Of a stretch of 64,000 nucleotides of DNA, positions 15,147-54,630 are shown piece after piece; position 1 is the stretch's first letter, and every line of letters starts with the position of its first letter. The DNA comes from Chrysomallon squamiferum (lineage: Eukaryota > Animalia > Mollusca). The stretch is from NCBI GenBank assembly GCA_012295275.1, contig CM022668.1, positions 5,084,001 to 5,148,000 of the forward strand. Direction: 5' to 3'. A program made the translations under genes and the position numbers. The notes under the pieces are model-generated. The model saw only the letters and a program-made list of their open reading frames with translations, did no database searches and was not told where the DNA came from.

Positions 15147-16020
15147 GCAGACAGATAGAGAGAGAGAGACAGGCGGAGAGACAGAGAGAGACAGACGGAG
15201 AGACAGAGAGAGACAGACGGAGAGACAGAGAGAGAGAGAGACAGACGGAGAGACAGAGAGATGGATATATAAATTGATTGATTGTGTGATTGTTTATTCA
15301 CTGAGAGACAGAGAGACACAAATATGTTGCGTGCGTTTGTGTGTGTGTTTGTGCCAACTAATAAATGTGCTATTTTTAATGTAAAGATCAAATTTAATAA
15401 ACTTACTTGCGGCTAAACTACCTAAAACAAACCAAAATAATAAATCATTAACATGAGATGAAATGTTTTTACTGAATACAACTTTTGAAATTTTATATAG
15501 TTTTATGTTTATACGTGTGTCTGTATATATTTATAGATAAATGTATGTGTGTGTGTGTGTATGAATGTATGTGTATGAATGTATTTTTATATAAATAACT
15601 TCATTATTATTGTACTTTGAAAAACATATTCGATACATTATAAATTAGTAATTTTCAATATACAGTACACCGTATCCAACAGATAGACACTGACACAGAC
15701 AAACAGACAAACAGACGGTGAGGAGAAGAAAAACGAATTGACGAATAGACAAAAAGAGAAGATGTAAATATGTGAAATGATGACACTCAAAGAGACAAGC
15801 AGATTCTCTATAAAAACACCCAGACAACAAATGAATTTATATATTAAATGATAGGATGGATCGACAGACATGTATGGATGGTTGGATGGATGGATGGATG
15901 GCTATAAAAAATGTATAAATAAAATCATTATTGCTTCATTTTGTCGATGGACTGACAGAAAGATGTTTGGTTGTAAAGACAGTAATACACGTACGTATAT
16001 TGAAGTAATCAATAACTTAC

Positions 16021-16122
16021 CTTGGCAGCAAGAAAAATACTTAAATGAACACGTGTATTCATTCCGAACTTTGCCTTTGTCCGCGATACAGTTACTGGCC
16101 GGTCTACATGCGTACGGACACT
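16021..16122 (-). CDS. Copy of the 102-nt defensin-like exon
   Basis: Appears identical to 25937-26038; splice sites intact. Confidence 0.8.
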
Positions 16123-18217
16123 CTGAAGTATGGACGGAAAGTCAGCATTAGAACACAGTTAAAGCAAAGCATACAAAAATAAAAGAAAGTGTGTTTTGCA
16201 GTATACGGAGAAATATCAACCTATGTACAAAAAAGGAACTGACTTAATTACTATTGGGAATACAACCAAACATTTCCACATATCGAAATATTAAAATAAT
16301 AATAATGTACATAGGCAATAATAATAATGTACATAGGCAATAATAATAATGTACATAGACAATAAGAATAATGTACATAGACAATAATAATAATGTACAT
16401 AGACAATAATACTAATGTACATAGACAATAATAATAATGTACATAGACAATAATAATCATGTACATAGACAATGATAATGATGTACATAGACAATAATAA
16501 TAATGTTCGATATGGATGTACGGATGGATGGATAGGTTGAGGTGAATGAATTTTTAGGTCATTTTATGTCCGTGTATGTACTGACATGAAATAAATGTAC
16601 AATATCTTACCTTTTGGAGTAGCTGTAATGAATTGAACAATTTTATTAAACTTTTATATTTCATCACCGAAATTTCAGAGATAATATACAGACAGATCTA
16701 TAGAGATAGATACAGACAGACAGAGAGACGGTCAAGAAGATATACAGAGACATGGATAGACAGATAGAGATATTTCTACGTGCGTTCGTTTGTGTTTAGA
16801 TATCTATCTATCTATCTATCTATCTTCATCTATATATGTGTGTCTGTGTGTGTGTTTGTATGTGTCTGTACTTGTATGTAAACGTATATAATACTAATGA
16901 CACAGATGGACACAGATATAGAGAGAGATAGATAGATACATCAGAAATAGGTTTAAAAATGCAACGACATGTTAATCAATTAAAATTAGTTTCAGTAATT
17001 AGCGTATAATGCATACTTATATTTTGTAAAGTAAGTAAAAACAAATATTGGTGTGTTGAAATATATTAGTCGTGCATCAATAAATATTTCTGAATATGTA
17101 TGAACGTATATCTCCGTCTGTTTGTCTGTTTGTCTGGCTGTAGGTAGCTGTATGTTTCTAGGAATATGTATGTAAGCATATATATACATACGTATTCATG
17201 CAAGTCAAAAAGTATATATGTATTATATTAATTGCTGAAATTCAATACTTACTTGTTGTAGGCTCTTTAATATGAAAGAGAAATAAAATACATGAGAAGT
17301 AGGTTTAAGTTTAAAATTTAGTAATTTAAAAAAAAACTACTTTAGTGTTTAGCGTAGAATATTTAGAAACTGTAAGAACTACTTTAGTGTTTAGCGTAGA
17401 ATATCTACTTATATTTTATAAAGTAAGAAGAAAATACGTTTGATGAAATGTATTAGTCATGCATCAGTGAATGTTTTCAAATATGTGTATGTGTCTGTCT
17501 GTTGTTTCTGAATTTATGTATGTAGGTGTATGTATGAATATATATATCTTTGTAAATATGGATATATATATATATATATGAATGTATGTAAGAATGTATA
17601 TATGTATTCATCGTTGTATGTATTTATTTATATATTTTTGTATCTTTGTATGTGTGTATGCACTGAATTAATTGTTAAAATTTAATGCTTACTTTTTGTA
17701 GGAGCTTTAATATGAAAAAGAAATAAACACATCAGAAATAGATTTAAGTTTGAAAGTTTATATTGTTTTTTAACGTCATTTCAAAGAATAAAAAGTACTT
17801 TAGTATTTTTCACATTATATACAAACTATTATTTTTATATTTTCCGCCTATACAAAGACAACAATTAAAATAAAGCTATTTAATAACCAAGAGTAATCAT
17901 CGCTTTTTCTTCTATTTTTCTTCTTTTTTTTTTCTTTTTCGACAGATGTAAACACCGATAGATATATAGATAGAGAAACAGACGAATAGGATGTTGGATG
18001 GATGGATGGATGGATTGATGTATGTGTGTGGTTTTGCATATTTTTATTTGTCCTTTTATGTACAAAAATGAAATATAAATGTAAAAGCTTACCTCTAGTA
18101 GCTGTGACAAATTGAAGAAATTAAAGATTAGTATTTCATGGATAAGGAGATAGACATGTAGATACAGCCCGACATAGATAGAGAGATATATAAATATTGA
18201 TAGATGTACATATATAC

Positions 18218-18291
<74 letters not shown>

Positions 18292-18845
18292 GCAGACAGA
18301 TAGAGAGAGAGAGAGACAGGCGGAGAGACAGAGAGAGACAGACGGAGAGACAGAGAGAGAGAGAGACAGACGGAGAGACAGAGAGATGGATATATAAATT
18401 GATTGATTGTGTGATTGTTTATTCACTGAGAGACAGAGAGACACAAATATGTTGCGTGCGTTTGTGTGTGTGTTTGTGCCAACTAATAAATGTTATGGAA
18501 ATATTTAGACAGCTCTTGTCCTCTGTCTCTTTTTCTTTATTTTGTCCCATTCTTCTACCTGTCTAACACACTAACATTAATGTTTAACTGCAAGTCCGAT
18601 TTGCCCGAAGTGTCAATACTGGTTTTCACTCTTTTATTTTAATTACACAATCATACCTGATACCATTTAAAATTTAAGAAACAAACAAAAAAAAAAAAAA
18701 AAAAAAACCATTAATTAAAACAATAGAAATGTAATCCATTTTGATGAAAATACACTAATCAATAACGTGACCACCTCCACACGAAGTAACGTCACGTAGT
18801 CTGTGTCACCTTCAGATTTTACGGTCATCGCTCTGTTTTGAAATT

Positions 18846-18960
18846 AATCAAATATCTATCCACTGATCTAAGACCCATGCCGCTAAAGCAAAATTAATTT
18901 TAGTCGGCAGATGTTCAGTTTTCTACATATTAATATGGGAAATATCATAGCATGTAACCA

Positions 18961-19018
<58 letters not shown>

Positions 19019-19033
19019 GTTGTTGTTGTTATT

Positions 19034-19065
<32 letters not shown>

Positions 19066-19510
19066 GGCTGTTATTGTTATTATTCTATTATAAGAGATAT
19101 TTCTATTAAATAAAGAGATTTTGATGAAAATCGATGATGGTGAAGATATTGTGTCTTTCAGATGTTACGGTCATGTTTTTAAATTAATCAAATATCTATC
19201 CACTGATCTAAGACATACTAAAGCAAAAATAAATAAATAAATAAAAATCATGTAAAAATGTAATCCACCTTGATGAAAATACACTAATCAATAACGATGA
19301 TGATAACATTACTTTAGACATTAATGTAAACATACAAAAATAAATAAATAAAGACTGTGTGAACCTTCAATAAGATGTCACACGAAGTAACGGTCATCGT
19401 TCACCTTCAGTTTTTAAATTAATCAAATATCTATCCACTGATCTAAGACCCATGCCGCTAACGCAAAATTAATTTTAGTCGGCAGATGTTGAGTTTTCTT
19501 CGTATTAATA
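18846..19510 (+). repeat. Cluster 2 of the same ~95-bp element (18846-18935, partial 19186-19225, 19421-19510)
   Basis: aatcaaatatctatccactgatctaagacccatgccgcta... in the same orientation as cluster 1. Confidence 0.85.
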
Positions 19511-19559
19511 TAGTAAATATCATAGCATGTAACAGTATTATTATTATTATTATTATTAT

Positions 19560-19597
<38 letters not shown>

Positions 19598-19810
19598 CCA
19601 TTAGTAGTATTACCATGTAGCCGGAATGCATAAATACCTCAATATTTTAAGTTCGCATTTGAATATGTAATAAAATAGTAAAGAAAAGAAAAGAAAAGTA
19701 AAAGAAAGTGAATGTAATACTCTGTGTTAATACTACTACCGCTTGTAGCACTAGAACGACTACCAAAGGTTATTAAGAGATATAACCCAAAGTAAAAATA
19801 TTTTCATAAT

Positions 19811-19820
19811 TTTATTTATT
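19811..19820 (-). terminator. Overlapping AATAAA polyadenylation signals of the microexon gene
   Basis: Plus strand tttatttatt, about 50 nt after the TAG at 19870-19872. Confidence 0.55.
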
Positions 19821-19869
19821 TCGTATCATTGACATGACTGCTTGTCGGGTTATCCTCCAGATTTCTCTT

Positions 19870-31850
<11,981 letters not shown>

Positions 31851-31914
31851 TTTCAGTTTTCTTTCTTCCTGTGGACAGCGATGTTGAACGATACAACCAG
31901 CAGAAACGCGTGTT

Positions 31915-31975
31915 ACTTATAAATATTCCTGCACGATGAGACCGTGTTATATGTAACAAAGTCACGTGATAACCT
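31915..31975 (-). promoter_or_regulatory. Putative promoter of the microexon gene (TATA-like sequence and palindromic E-box)
   Basis: TATTTATAAG on the minus strand about 70 nt upstream of the ATG; GTCACGTGAT at 31961-31970. Confidence 0.4.
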
Positions 31976-32574
31976 TTATAATTAACCTTCTTTGTTATGT
32001 CTAGTTTAATTATGTATCACAAATGTTACATGCAAATAAAATTACTCTATTACTTTTAATGGCCCTTCTGGTCTTAAAATTTGCTGTTAATATTAATTTG
32101 TTTTGTTCGTTTTTGGTGGATCAATTTGTGTATTAACCAGTTTCAGTTTAAATGATTTTCTGGCACAGTTATAAATTTACTTATATCTACATCTGTTTCA
32201 TACAAAACGTATTAACCTCTGATTTTACTACAGACTAATTGTTCTACACCATCCGTTATATATTCTTTATTTTTCATTTTGTGTCTGGTTTTTGTGATTA
32301 TTTTTTATTAACATTAATTGGAATGTTAATTTTATAAGCTGTGAATTGACGATTACAGAATAGAAATAATAACATTAGGAGACAGATTGTGAAAACTAAT
32401 TTATTTTAACTGAAAATAGTGGATATGGTCTCGTCTATAATTTAAATTAAATGTTTCTAGTAAACTGTATAAAAAGAACTACTATTTTTGTTAACAGCAA
32501 AATCTTCTTCTGTCTAATTTGTTTTAACTGAAAATAGTGGATATGCAAACATATCTACAGTTCGAAATTAAATT

Positions 32575-32727
<153 letters not shown>

Positions 32728-33687
32728 AGAGAGAGAGAAGAGACACTTTCTGCTTTTCAGAGAGAGAGAGAAAATGAGAGAGAGCAAATTTCTTCCAATT
32801 TGGACTACACATTTTTTACACTTTCTGGTTTTCATCGTTACACAAAATGACGCAGCAAACTGGCTAACAGTGGACTATACTTTTAAGTTAGCAGCAAGTG
32901 TACCGTCTATATACACCTTCTCATAAACAGAAGAAAAAACATGCATAACAACCTTTAATGAATCCGACAAGAGATACAGACAAGAGATCCTACCACCCAG
33001 TACAAAATATATTAAAAGTAAAATTAACAGAAATAAATGTAAAGGAGAGGTAAGATACATGAGTAATACTAAACACAGAACTGTTATTTGTTTGTCGCAA
33101 GGAAACAAGTTTGATTTTCCTTACCTGTCTAAGATGAAAATTAAATTTTAATTACTATCTCTGCTGGAAAAACCTATTATTTAAAACGATCTGGTAACTT
33201 TAATAACATCGAACAGTTTTGTAACTAGAATTCTGTTATGTTTGTTCGTCATGTTATGTTATTGTTATTAAATAAAAGTTTAAATTTATATGTGTTTTGT
33301 TTGAGGGGGGTCAGTATTTTGCAAGCTCGTATATTTCAGGTAGATTAGCCCCCACTCCTCTTTTCCTGTCTGTGTAAATATCAGTCTTCTACATAAAGGT
33401 TCTTACTTGTCTTTGTAATACAAGGAAGAAACTAAATGTACAAACTGTTTTAAGGTGTACTTATTCTAAAACCTAAATCCTCAATACTAAATATGTGTTA
33501 AGTTACTATAACTGGCCACCAATGTTGGCTAACAATAAAGTTTTAAAATAATATACAAAGCTTTATTTGATGTCTTATTGTTTTCGTACATAAAAAAGAA
33601 GAAAAAGGAATCCTGATGGACTGAGAAATAGTAAAAATACGGTAATCTGTAACTTTCTAGAGTTTTTTTGTTGTTGCTTTATTTTTT

Positions 33688-33750
<63 letters not shown>

Positions 33751-35090
33751 GTTTTCTTTTCTGTTCTTCCTATTTCGTTTTACGTTTCTTTAAACAAACA
33801 AACAAACAAACAAATAAATAAATAAATAAATAAAATAAATAAGGAAAAAATAAATGACAGAGTCTCCGAGTAAATCGTTTTTACCCTTCAAGTACCTTAA
33901 CTGACAGTTATCCTTCATTTTCAGCACATTATATGTTAGGACAGCAGAAGGAAAAAAAGTCTTAACAAAGGCATTTTGGGGCATTTTGTATGGGGGGATG
34001 TGAATAAGCTGTTTAATTCGGATTATCTTTATGTCCAGGATTAGTATTATTTATATATAACAAAAGCTAATTAATAAAAACAGATATTAATCTATCCAAT
34101 ACGATGTATATAATATGTTAACACCAAAACGTCCTCATGAATGGTCAAACACAAAACAAAGCAACAAATCACGAAATATATGATTTTATTTTCTCGATTT
34201 TTTTCTTTCTTTTTCATCTTTTCATTTATTTTTATTTAGTCCAGTGCAGCAAATATCCATAAAAATTTATTTTGTACATATTTCAAAATAAAAAAAACGT
34301 AAGTGAAATTTCTTTTTTAAAACAGGACTAACGAAATTAGTAGCGTCCAAACACAACAGTAAAAATTTGACGTCATTCTTGAAGTCAGATTTCTAAAAAT
34401 AGTTATTTTTACCAGCATCCATGATGTAAATTTGAATAAAATGAAATCAAGTAAGAAGAAAAAATAAAGGATGGAAGAACGAACTCTGCAGAGGGTGCTG
34501 ACAAAATGTTCATGACAACTAAAAAACATACAAAATTAAAATTAATATTCACTGAAATAATAATACATTTAAAAAAGGAAATAAAGTCTTAGAATAATAA
34601 TTGTTAATAACAACAATTGTTTTTTAACAAACATTGGCAAAATGTTAAAAATTTTGAAAATTTCTTATTCTTGATATTATTTCTTTTAAATTTGTGAATG
34701 TATATTATTTATCTTTTATATATATTTATTTATTTTTATATTTATTTAATTTTATTATATATATTTTTTTTTTTTTTTTTATATATTTTTTATTTTTTTT
34801 TAACCTTTTATTGGCTTTATTTTTCTAAATAAATTTAATCAAAAATAGATAATTATTTTCATTTACATCAAGACCAAAAAAAAAAAAGGACTGAAATTTC
34901 CTTTAAAATAGGAACAATCGAAATTCACTTAGCGTCCAAACATCCTCGTCATTTAAAGATTTTGCTCTGCATGCGAACCTGGAATTGAGGTTCATTTAGG
35001 CAAAAAATGTTATTATTTCGCCGTCGCAGTTGATGTAGTATTTGTCTGTTAAAATGGTGTCACCGTCGATTTGACATCGATTTGAAGAAT

Positions 35091-40853
<5,763 letters not shown>

Positions 40854-41426
40854 CTTGAATCAGTACAAACTCTGCAAATGTATTTAACAGTGCAGACCCA
40901 CTATTTTTATGTTTCTTGTTTTTATATGAGAAATGCATGTGTATCACACATTGAAGATATCTGTAGTTTGGTTTCTATGACAATAAACTATAAATGACGG
41001 GTTCAAATTTTTTTTTTTTATGTGTGTGTGTATTTGTGTATACGTGTGACAGGAATTTCGTTTTTTTCTGAAAAAAAAGCTTTTATATATAGAGAGAGTG
41101 AGACAGCGAGAGAGAGTGAAAGAGAGAGAGCGGGAGGGAGGGATAGGGAGAGAGAGAGAATTAGACAGGTAAGTAGGCAGTTAGGTTGGCAGGTAGGTCA
41201 AGAATAGAGAATGAAATTGCATTTAACTGGTACAAATTAATATACCTCTAAAGTACATTTTCTGGATTTTATGAAATGATCTGGTTTCTGTTTAACAGAT
41301 TTTAAATTAGTCTCGATTTCGAATGATTTCAAATTTGTGTTTCTAAGAAGCCTTCCTTTTCGTCTTTGAAATTGGATAGATTTCGTAGTTTAATAAAATG
41401 AAGCCAGTTGACGAAATCAGTCATTT

Positions 41427-41460
<34 letters not shown>

Positions 41461-41789
41461 GATGCCGCAGGCTCAAGTCTTGTCAGCAGCATTTATCAAT
41501 GTTATTGTTATTTTTTGTTTTTGATAAAACAAGATGTATACGAGAATGTACAGGTATAATTATTTATTAATTAAAAACGGATAAATTTTATAATATCATT
41601 TTTTTTTTTTTTTTTTTTCGCATTTTCAACATAATTTCCTCTAAAGCCTTTTTCTTGTAAACGAATTGAAACTACGTAAAGGCTTGTCGTGTGAAAAACA
41701 AAGATGAAAATATAACGAAGAAACGAATAGGTCTAAATTCAAGATAAAAATAAATTCCAGTTCCTATTTTGTTTGTAATTTTCTATTAC

Positions 41790-41875
41790 GTCAGATGTCG
41801 CTGGCGAGACTCGAACTCACGGCACTGTTCACGTGCACGGCGTACGACGTTACTACTCTGTCGTCAGCATAAGCT
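41790..41875 (-). mobile_element. tRNA-derived SINE-like head
   Basis: B-box-like GAGTTCGAGTCTC on the minus strand; a related partial copy at 42125-42152 abuts the MULE TIR. No full cloverleaf. Confidence 0.35.
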
Positions 41876-42152
41876 TTGAAAAAAAAAGAAAAAAAAACTT
41901 CTCGATAACCAAGGGAAATCATAGCTTCCAACGAAGCACGCTGTTCTTAGACTTTTATCATTTTTGCGTGTATTTATTTCTGTGGGAAATCTGGAACTAG
42001 CAGATGTCTATTTAAGTATGAATATTCTTTATCTTATGTACGTCTGAGTAGACTCTGCAATTAGACAATATTCGGAACCGCACTGGCGCAGAAGGAAAAA
42101 GTTCAATCACGACCTCACAAACCCCGTCAGATGCCGCTAACGAGACTCAAAT

Positions 42153-43018
42153 GGCTGTAGGATAACTGCCCCCCCGGACAACTACCCCCAAGGACAAATG
42201 GTTGACTAGAAGCAACGGTGCCACCCTTCCACGAAATTCTTAGTCCGCACCACATTATTCTCCAACCTCTGGAGCATGTTCCACGTGCCAACGTTGTATC
42301 GTGAATCACGTCTGCGACCAGGTCTGCCATAATGGCAATAGGTGAAGTTGTCCTCAAAGTGCTCCAGTATTGGTAAAACAGAGTCATCACCATCAGCTTC
42401 TGATAGTGATTCAAAAGCTGCCGTTACTTCATCCACTGGAACCAATGCAATTGCAGCTATCGGCAAAGCAAACTCTTTTTCAGTATTGAAACGAACTGCC
42501 AGACTAATGAGTTGAATTTGGCGCCAGATGCATTGGCTCAAATGAAAGAAGCATCCAGTCACAGTACAGTTTAGCTTTACAGACGTGTTGCCGTCTTCCT
42601 TCACACTGGTATGAAATCTCTCCACTACCGAGTTCCTTCTGTCAGACATACACATAGTTTTCAAAGGCAACTTTTGGATGGCCACACTCCGAGTCAGTGA
42701 ACTCCATCTTATAGAATAGATTATTTTTGCTACAAAGCATGACCTAATATACTGTTTCATTCATCTCAATTAATTATTGATCACTTGCCAAGTCAAAGGA
42801 ATCTTTAGTATTTAATTAGCCTGAATTAGTAATTAGCTGACTCTTTGTTAGCTTTGACGGATTTATTGGAATTAGTAATCCAGATTCCTTTAATCAAGTT
42901 TAATGTAGCACACTTTGACTGGAATATTTACTGGAATGTTGCTTGAAAATCATTCTGACTGGCATATTTGAAGAAAAACTTGGGGGCAGTTGTCCTAGAG
43001 GGCTTTTATTCTGATACC
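42153..43018 (-). mobile_element. Internally deleted Mutator-like (MULE) DNA transposon
   Basis: ORF 42206-42760 carries the MULE transposase motifs GCFFHLSQCIWRQIQ and RTKNFVEGWH. Imperfect ~39-bp TIRs: ggctgtaggataactgcccccccggacaactacccccaa and ttgggggcagttgtcctagagggcttttattctgatacc. No clear 9-bp TSD. Confidence 0.85.
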
Positions 43019-43212
43019 ATGTATGTATGTATGTATGTCTCTATGACGTATTCACAACTATTCAGAATGATATGAAAGTAGAAACAGACATTTATTTATA
43101 GGAAAATACACTGCTGTTACTGGGAAAAACTACCATTTTCACATGGAGAAGAATACATCTCTGCATCAAAATTCAGACAGAACTTCCCAGGTGTTTTTTT
43201 ACACAGAAAATG

Positions 43213-43250
<38 letters not shown>

Positions 43251-43281
43251 TATTATTTATTTAGTTAGTTATTTAGTTTAC

Positions 43282-43379
<98 letters not shown>

Positions 43380-44156
43380 CACTTTTGCTGTTTTCTATCT
43401 GTTTCTTCAAACACTTGATTCTTTATTGACTTGTATTGTTCTAAAAGTGAGAAAATTTTTTAGTTAAAAATGATAAAATGATTTGTATTTCACATATTCA
43501 CTGTCTCATTCTTTGTTTTATTTTATAGAAAGCTCTGAGATTAAAAGCAAATAATGTAAATACATTCTGAATGATTCAAAATTTCCTTGTAATAATAATA
43601 ACAATAACAGTAGCAGCAGTAGTAGTAATAATAGTAAAAGTCTGTGTGTGTCTGTTGTTTTCATTTTACATATTTGTTTTCATTTCATTTATTTATTTGG
43701 ATTATTAACAAAGATTTTGGTTTGTGGAACTTCTTCATTATTTATAATTTTGTGCATTTTGTTTTCAATTTTTAAAGATTAATCTACAAAAGTGTTATTT
43801 TCTGCAGCAATAATGTAATAATGATTAAAAAAAATAATAAGGATGTTGATGTTGATGTTAATTACGATGATAAAATAAAAATAATAGAAATAAACAAATA
43901 ATAATACTTAATAATAATAATAACAACAACAACAACAGTAAAACATTGTACGAAGATATACATTCATTGCCTATACAATTATTACAACTAAAATCTTGTA
44001 TGTGTGAGTTACATGTTTTTATTTTCAATTTCAGCAAGTTCCAGATGATTTTAAGATGTCATTCAGTCAATTATAATACATCAGTGTGAGCACTCACGCT
44101 CACAGGTGAGGAGTTAGCATGCATTATTTTAAGTTAAAAAAGAAATCAAATCTATT

Positions 44157-44196
<40 letters not shown>

Positions 44197-44609
44197 TCTC
44201 TAAAAATGACCAGATCAGATTAATTGAGTATATACTGTATACAAATAATCAGTGATCGCCTGACTGTTACCTTCAGGCGAGTACAAATCTTTGCAGAGAG
44301 CTGTCCAGCACTGACTGTTTATAAATTCAGGCGAGTTCAGATAAGCTCTCCCTTGTGATTCTCCAGTAAGCTTTAACCCTCCTTTATAAATTATGGTGAG
44401 TCTCGAAAGATTGATTTTTAAGGTGAGGTATCAAGCTCTCGTATTATTTTTTTTGGTACATTCAGGCGAGTGTGTTTAATCGCCACCAATCACATTTGCC
44501 TATCAGGCTCTGCCTTCTTTATAGCGCAAACAATACAAGTATAAAATTGAGGTGTTTTGTCAATTTTGTTTTCTGCACCGAAAATCAAGGAGAGCAGCAT
44601 TAAAGAAAT

Positions 44610-44825
44610 ACTCTCCAAATCAACAGTTCAGGAGAGGGTTTTCGAGGTGAGCTTATGAAAATGAGACAGGTTACGAAATGCTCTCCATAATTATAGTTCA
44701 GGAAAGTGTTTGCTTTCAAGGTGAGCCTCTGAAAATGTTACTCGTGCCGAAAAGCTCTCCATATTTATCATTCAGAAGAGTATTTTCTCATGAGCTTATG
44801 AAAATGAGACAAGTGATGAAAGAGC
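44610..44825. repeat. Degenerate ~70-bp tandem repeat downstream of the cyclin Y stop codon
   Basis: Three copies of ctctcca...ttcagga...gagcYtNtgaaaatg. Confidence 0.6.
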
Positions 44826-44950
44826 TGTAGGTCTGATTTGACTTTGTCATGTTTTGTTTTTTTCATAATTTATAAAATAAACAAAACATTTTTTATATAT
44901 ATATTTTTTTCTTTTTCTTTTTTTAAATCCTAAATCGGAATTGGCCATTG

Positions 44951-53256
<8,306 letters not shown>

Positions 53257-54354
53257 GCTTGACTCAACAGTGTGCTGTCACCGATATCACCTTTATTTAG
53301 AATCTTCTCTAAAACAGTTCAGTAAAACAGAGACTAGTTTCTTAACGATTTACCATTCTGGTTAGATATCTTCAGTATTCCATGTTTAAATGATTCCGTA
53401 GATAAATTAGATCATAGTTTTCTGGTAGGGTTTTGTGTTCTGTAAACAAGAAAATAAATATCTAATATTAATTAAAGTCGGTACCTGTTCAATTATTACT
53501 GGTGTGAAAACTGTGATGTTAATAAATATCAGTTCCAACAACACTGTGGTTATTAAAATAGTTTGTCTAGAGTATTTACTCTTAATATATTTTCCATATA
53601 TCTAATAAAAAGAAATAATAATAATAATGTTACAGAAATTAAAAGCCAGGGTTAACTAGTTTTACTGATTTTTCTTGACATATCTTGCTAAATGTAGCAA
53701 TGTATTAACTGTCATTGTAAAATCAATATATTTTGATGGAAAGTCCAACTAACAAGAGATGTAATTTTTTGCAACTTCTTTGATGTGTATTTTTCTGAAA
53801 AGCTAAAATTTGTATTTGAAGTCACCTTTAAATTCTTATGACAATTATCATTCCAAAGATTACTTTATATAATTATACTGTATGTATATATGAAGCTTTT
53901 AATTCATGAAAAAAATATAATAAAACATATGAACTATATTTCTGTATTGTTGATTATTGCATATAAATTTACTAGTAAATGCAAAAATATAAATAAATAA
54001 TTTTAATGTTTGTGCATCTTCTTTTCACAAATCTAGTCTTCTGTAAATTTGTAATATCATTATCAATAATAATTATATTTATAATTATATTAATTATTAT
54101 CAACCTTTTCAAATGGAATATATTTCCTAAAATTTAATTAAAATGTTTATATTTCTGATTATCAGTTATTACGCATGTCAAGATTCAGACAATGGATGTT
54201 ATGTAAGTTATATTAGATAATAAGTGTTTCGCTAGCAGAAAATTAAGTCTAGAAGAGAAAAAATATATGAGAAAAATTTGCACCCAAGTCATAATCTGAC
54301 GATGGAAATCTGTCGATCTATCAAGAAACGAAAATATGTATACCAATAAATAAT

Positions 54355-54630
54355 TACCTATCATGACATTTCGTTTCATGCCATGACATTCCTGTCCAAA
54401 ATCATATGTAATTTTCAACCGTATATATGCTTTGTTCTTCTTGATAGATTTATTTCACCGGTCCGAAAAAAAAACGGAAGTACGCTTTAGTCACTTTTCC
54501 TTATTCCCAATAAGCTTTGTGAACAAGCTTTTCATTGGATAATAATTCTTTCTTTTCATATATTTAGGAAAATGATTGGCTAAAATACTGGACTTCTAGT
54601 TTTATGTTAAATTTCCGTTCATTGGATAAA
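54355..54630 (-). promoter_or_regulatory. Putative cyclin Y promoter and non-coding first exon
   Basis: Three ATTGG (CCAAT on minus) at ~54535, 54575 and 54621; ETS-like CGGAAGT at ~54475; donor TAG|gtaatt at ~54357; acceptor tttacag at ~53440 upstream of the ATG. Confidence 0.5.

Larger units (their letters stand above)
8560..18493 (-). repeat. Tandem array (copy B) of ~3-kb cassettes duplicated from 24.2-27.3 kb, each carrying microexons and the defensin-like exon
   Basis: Minus-strand order: 18093-18101 TTR, 17693-17704 APTK, 17253-17264 KPTT, 16611-16622 TTPK, Cys 16021, 15407-15421 GSLAA, 14924-14932, 14529-14540, 14112-14123, 13450-13461, Cys 12958, 12377-12391, 11995-12003, 11610-11621, 11210-11221, 10570-10581, Cys 9989, 9620-9631 (weak donor gtatac), 9220-9231, 8598-8609. 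Homology stops abruptly at ~18493. Confidence 0.9.

Noticed and set aside
14651-15391. Long ORFs such as 14651-15391 (246 aa) and 36859-37887 (342 aa)
   Set aside because: Open only because of (TCTA)n and (CT)n microsatellites; the latter includes real CERK exons in mixed frames.
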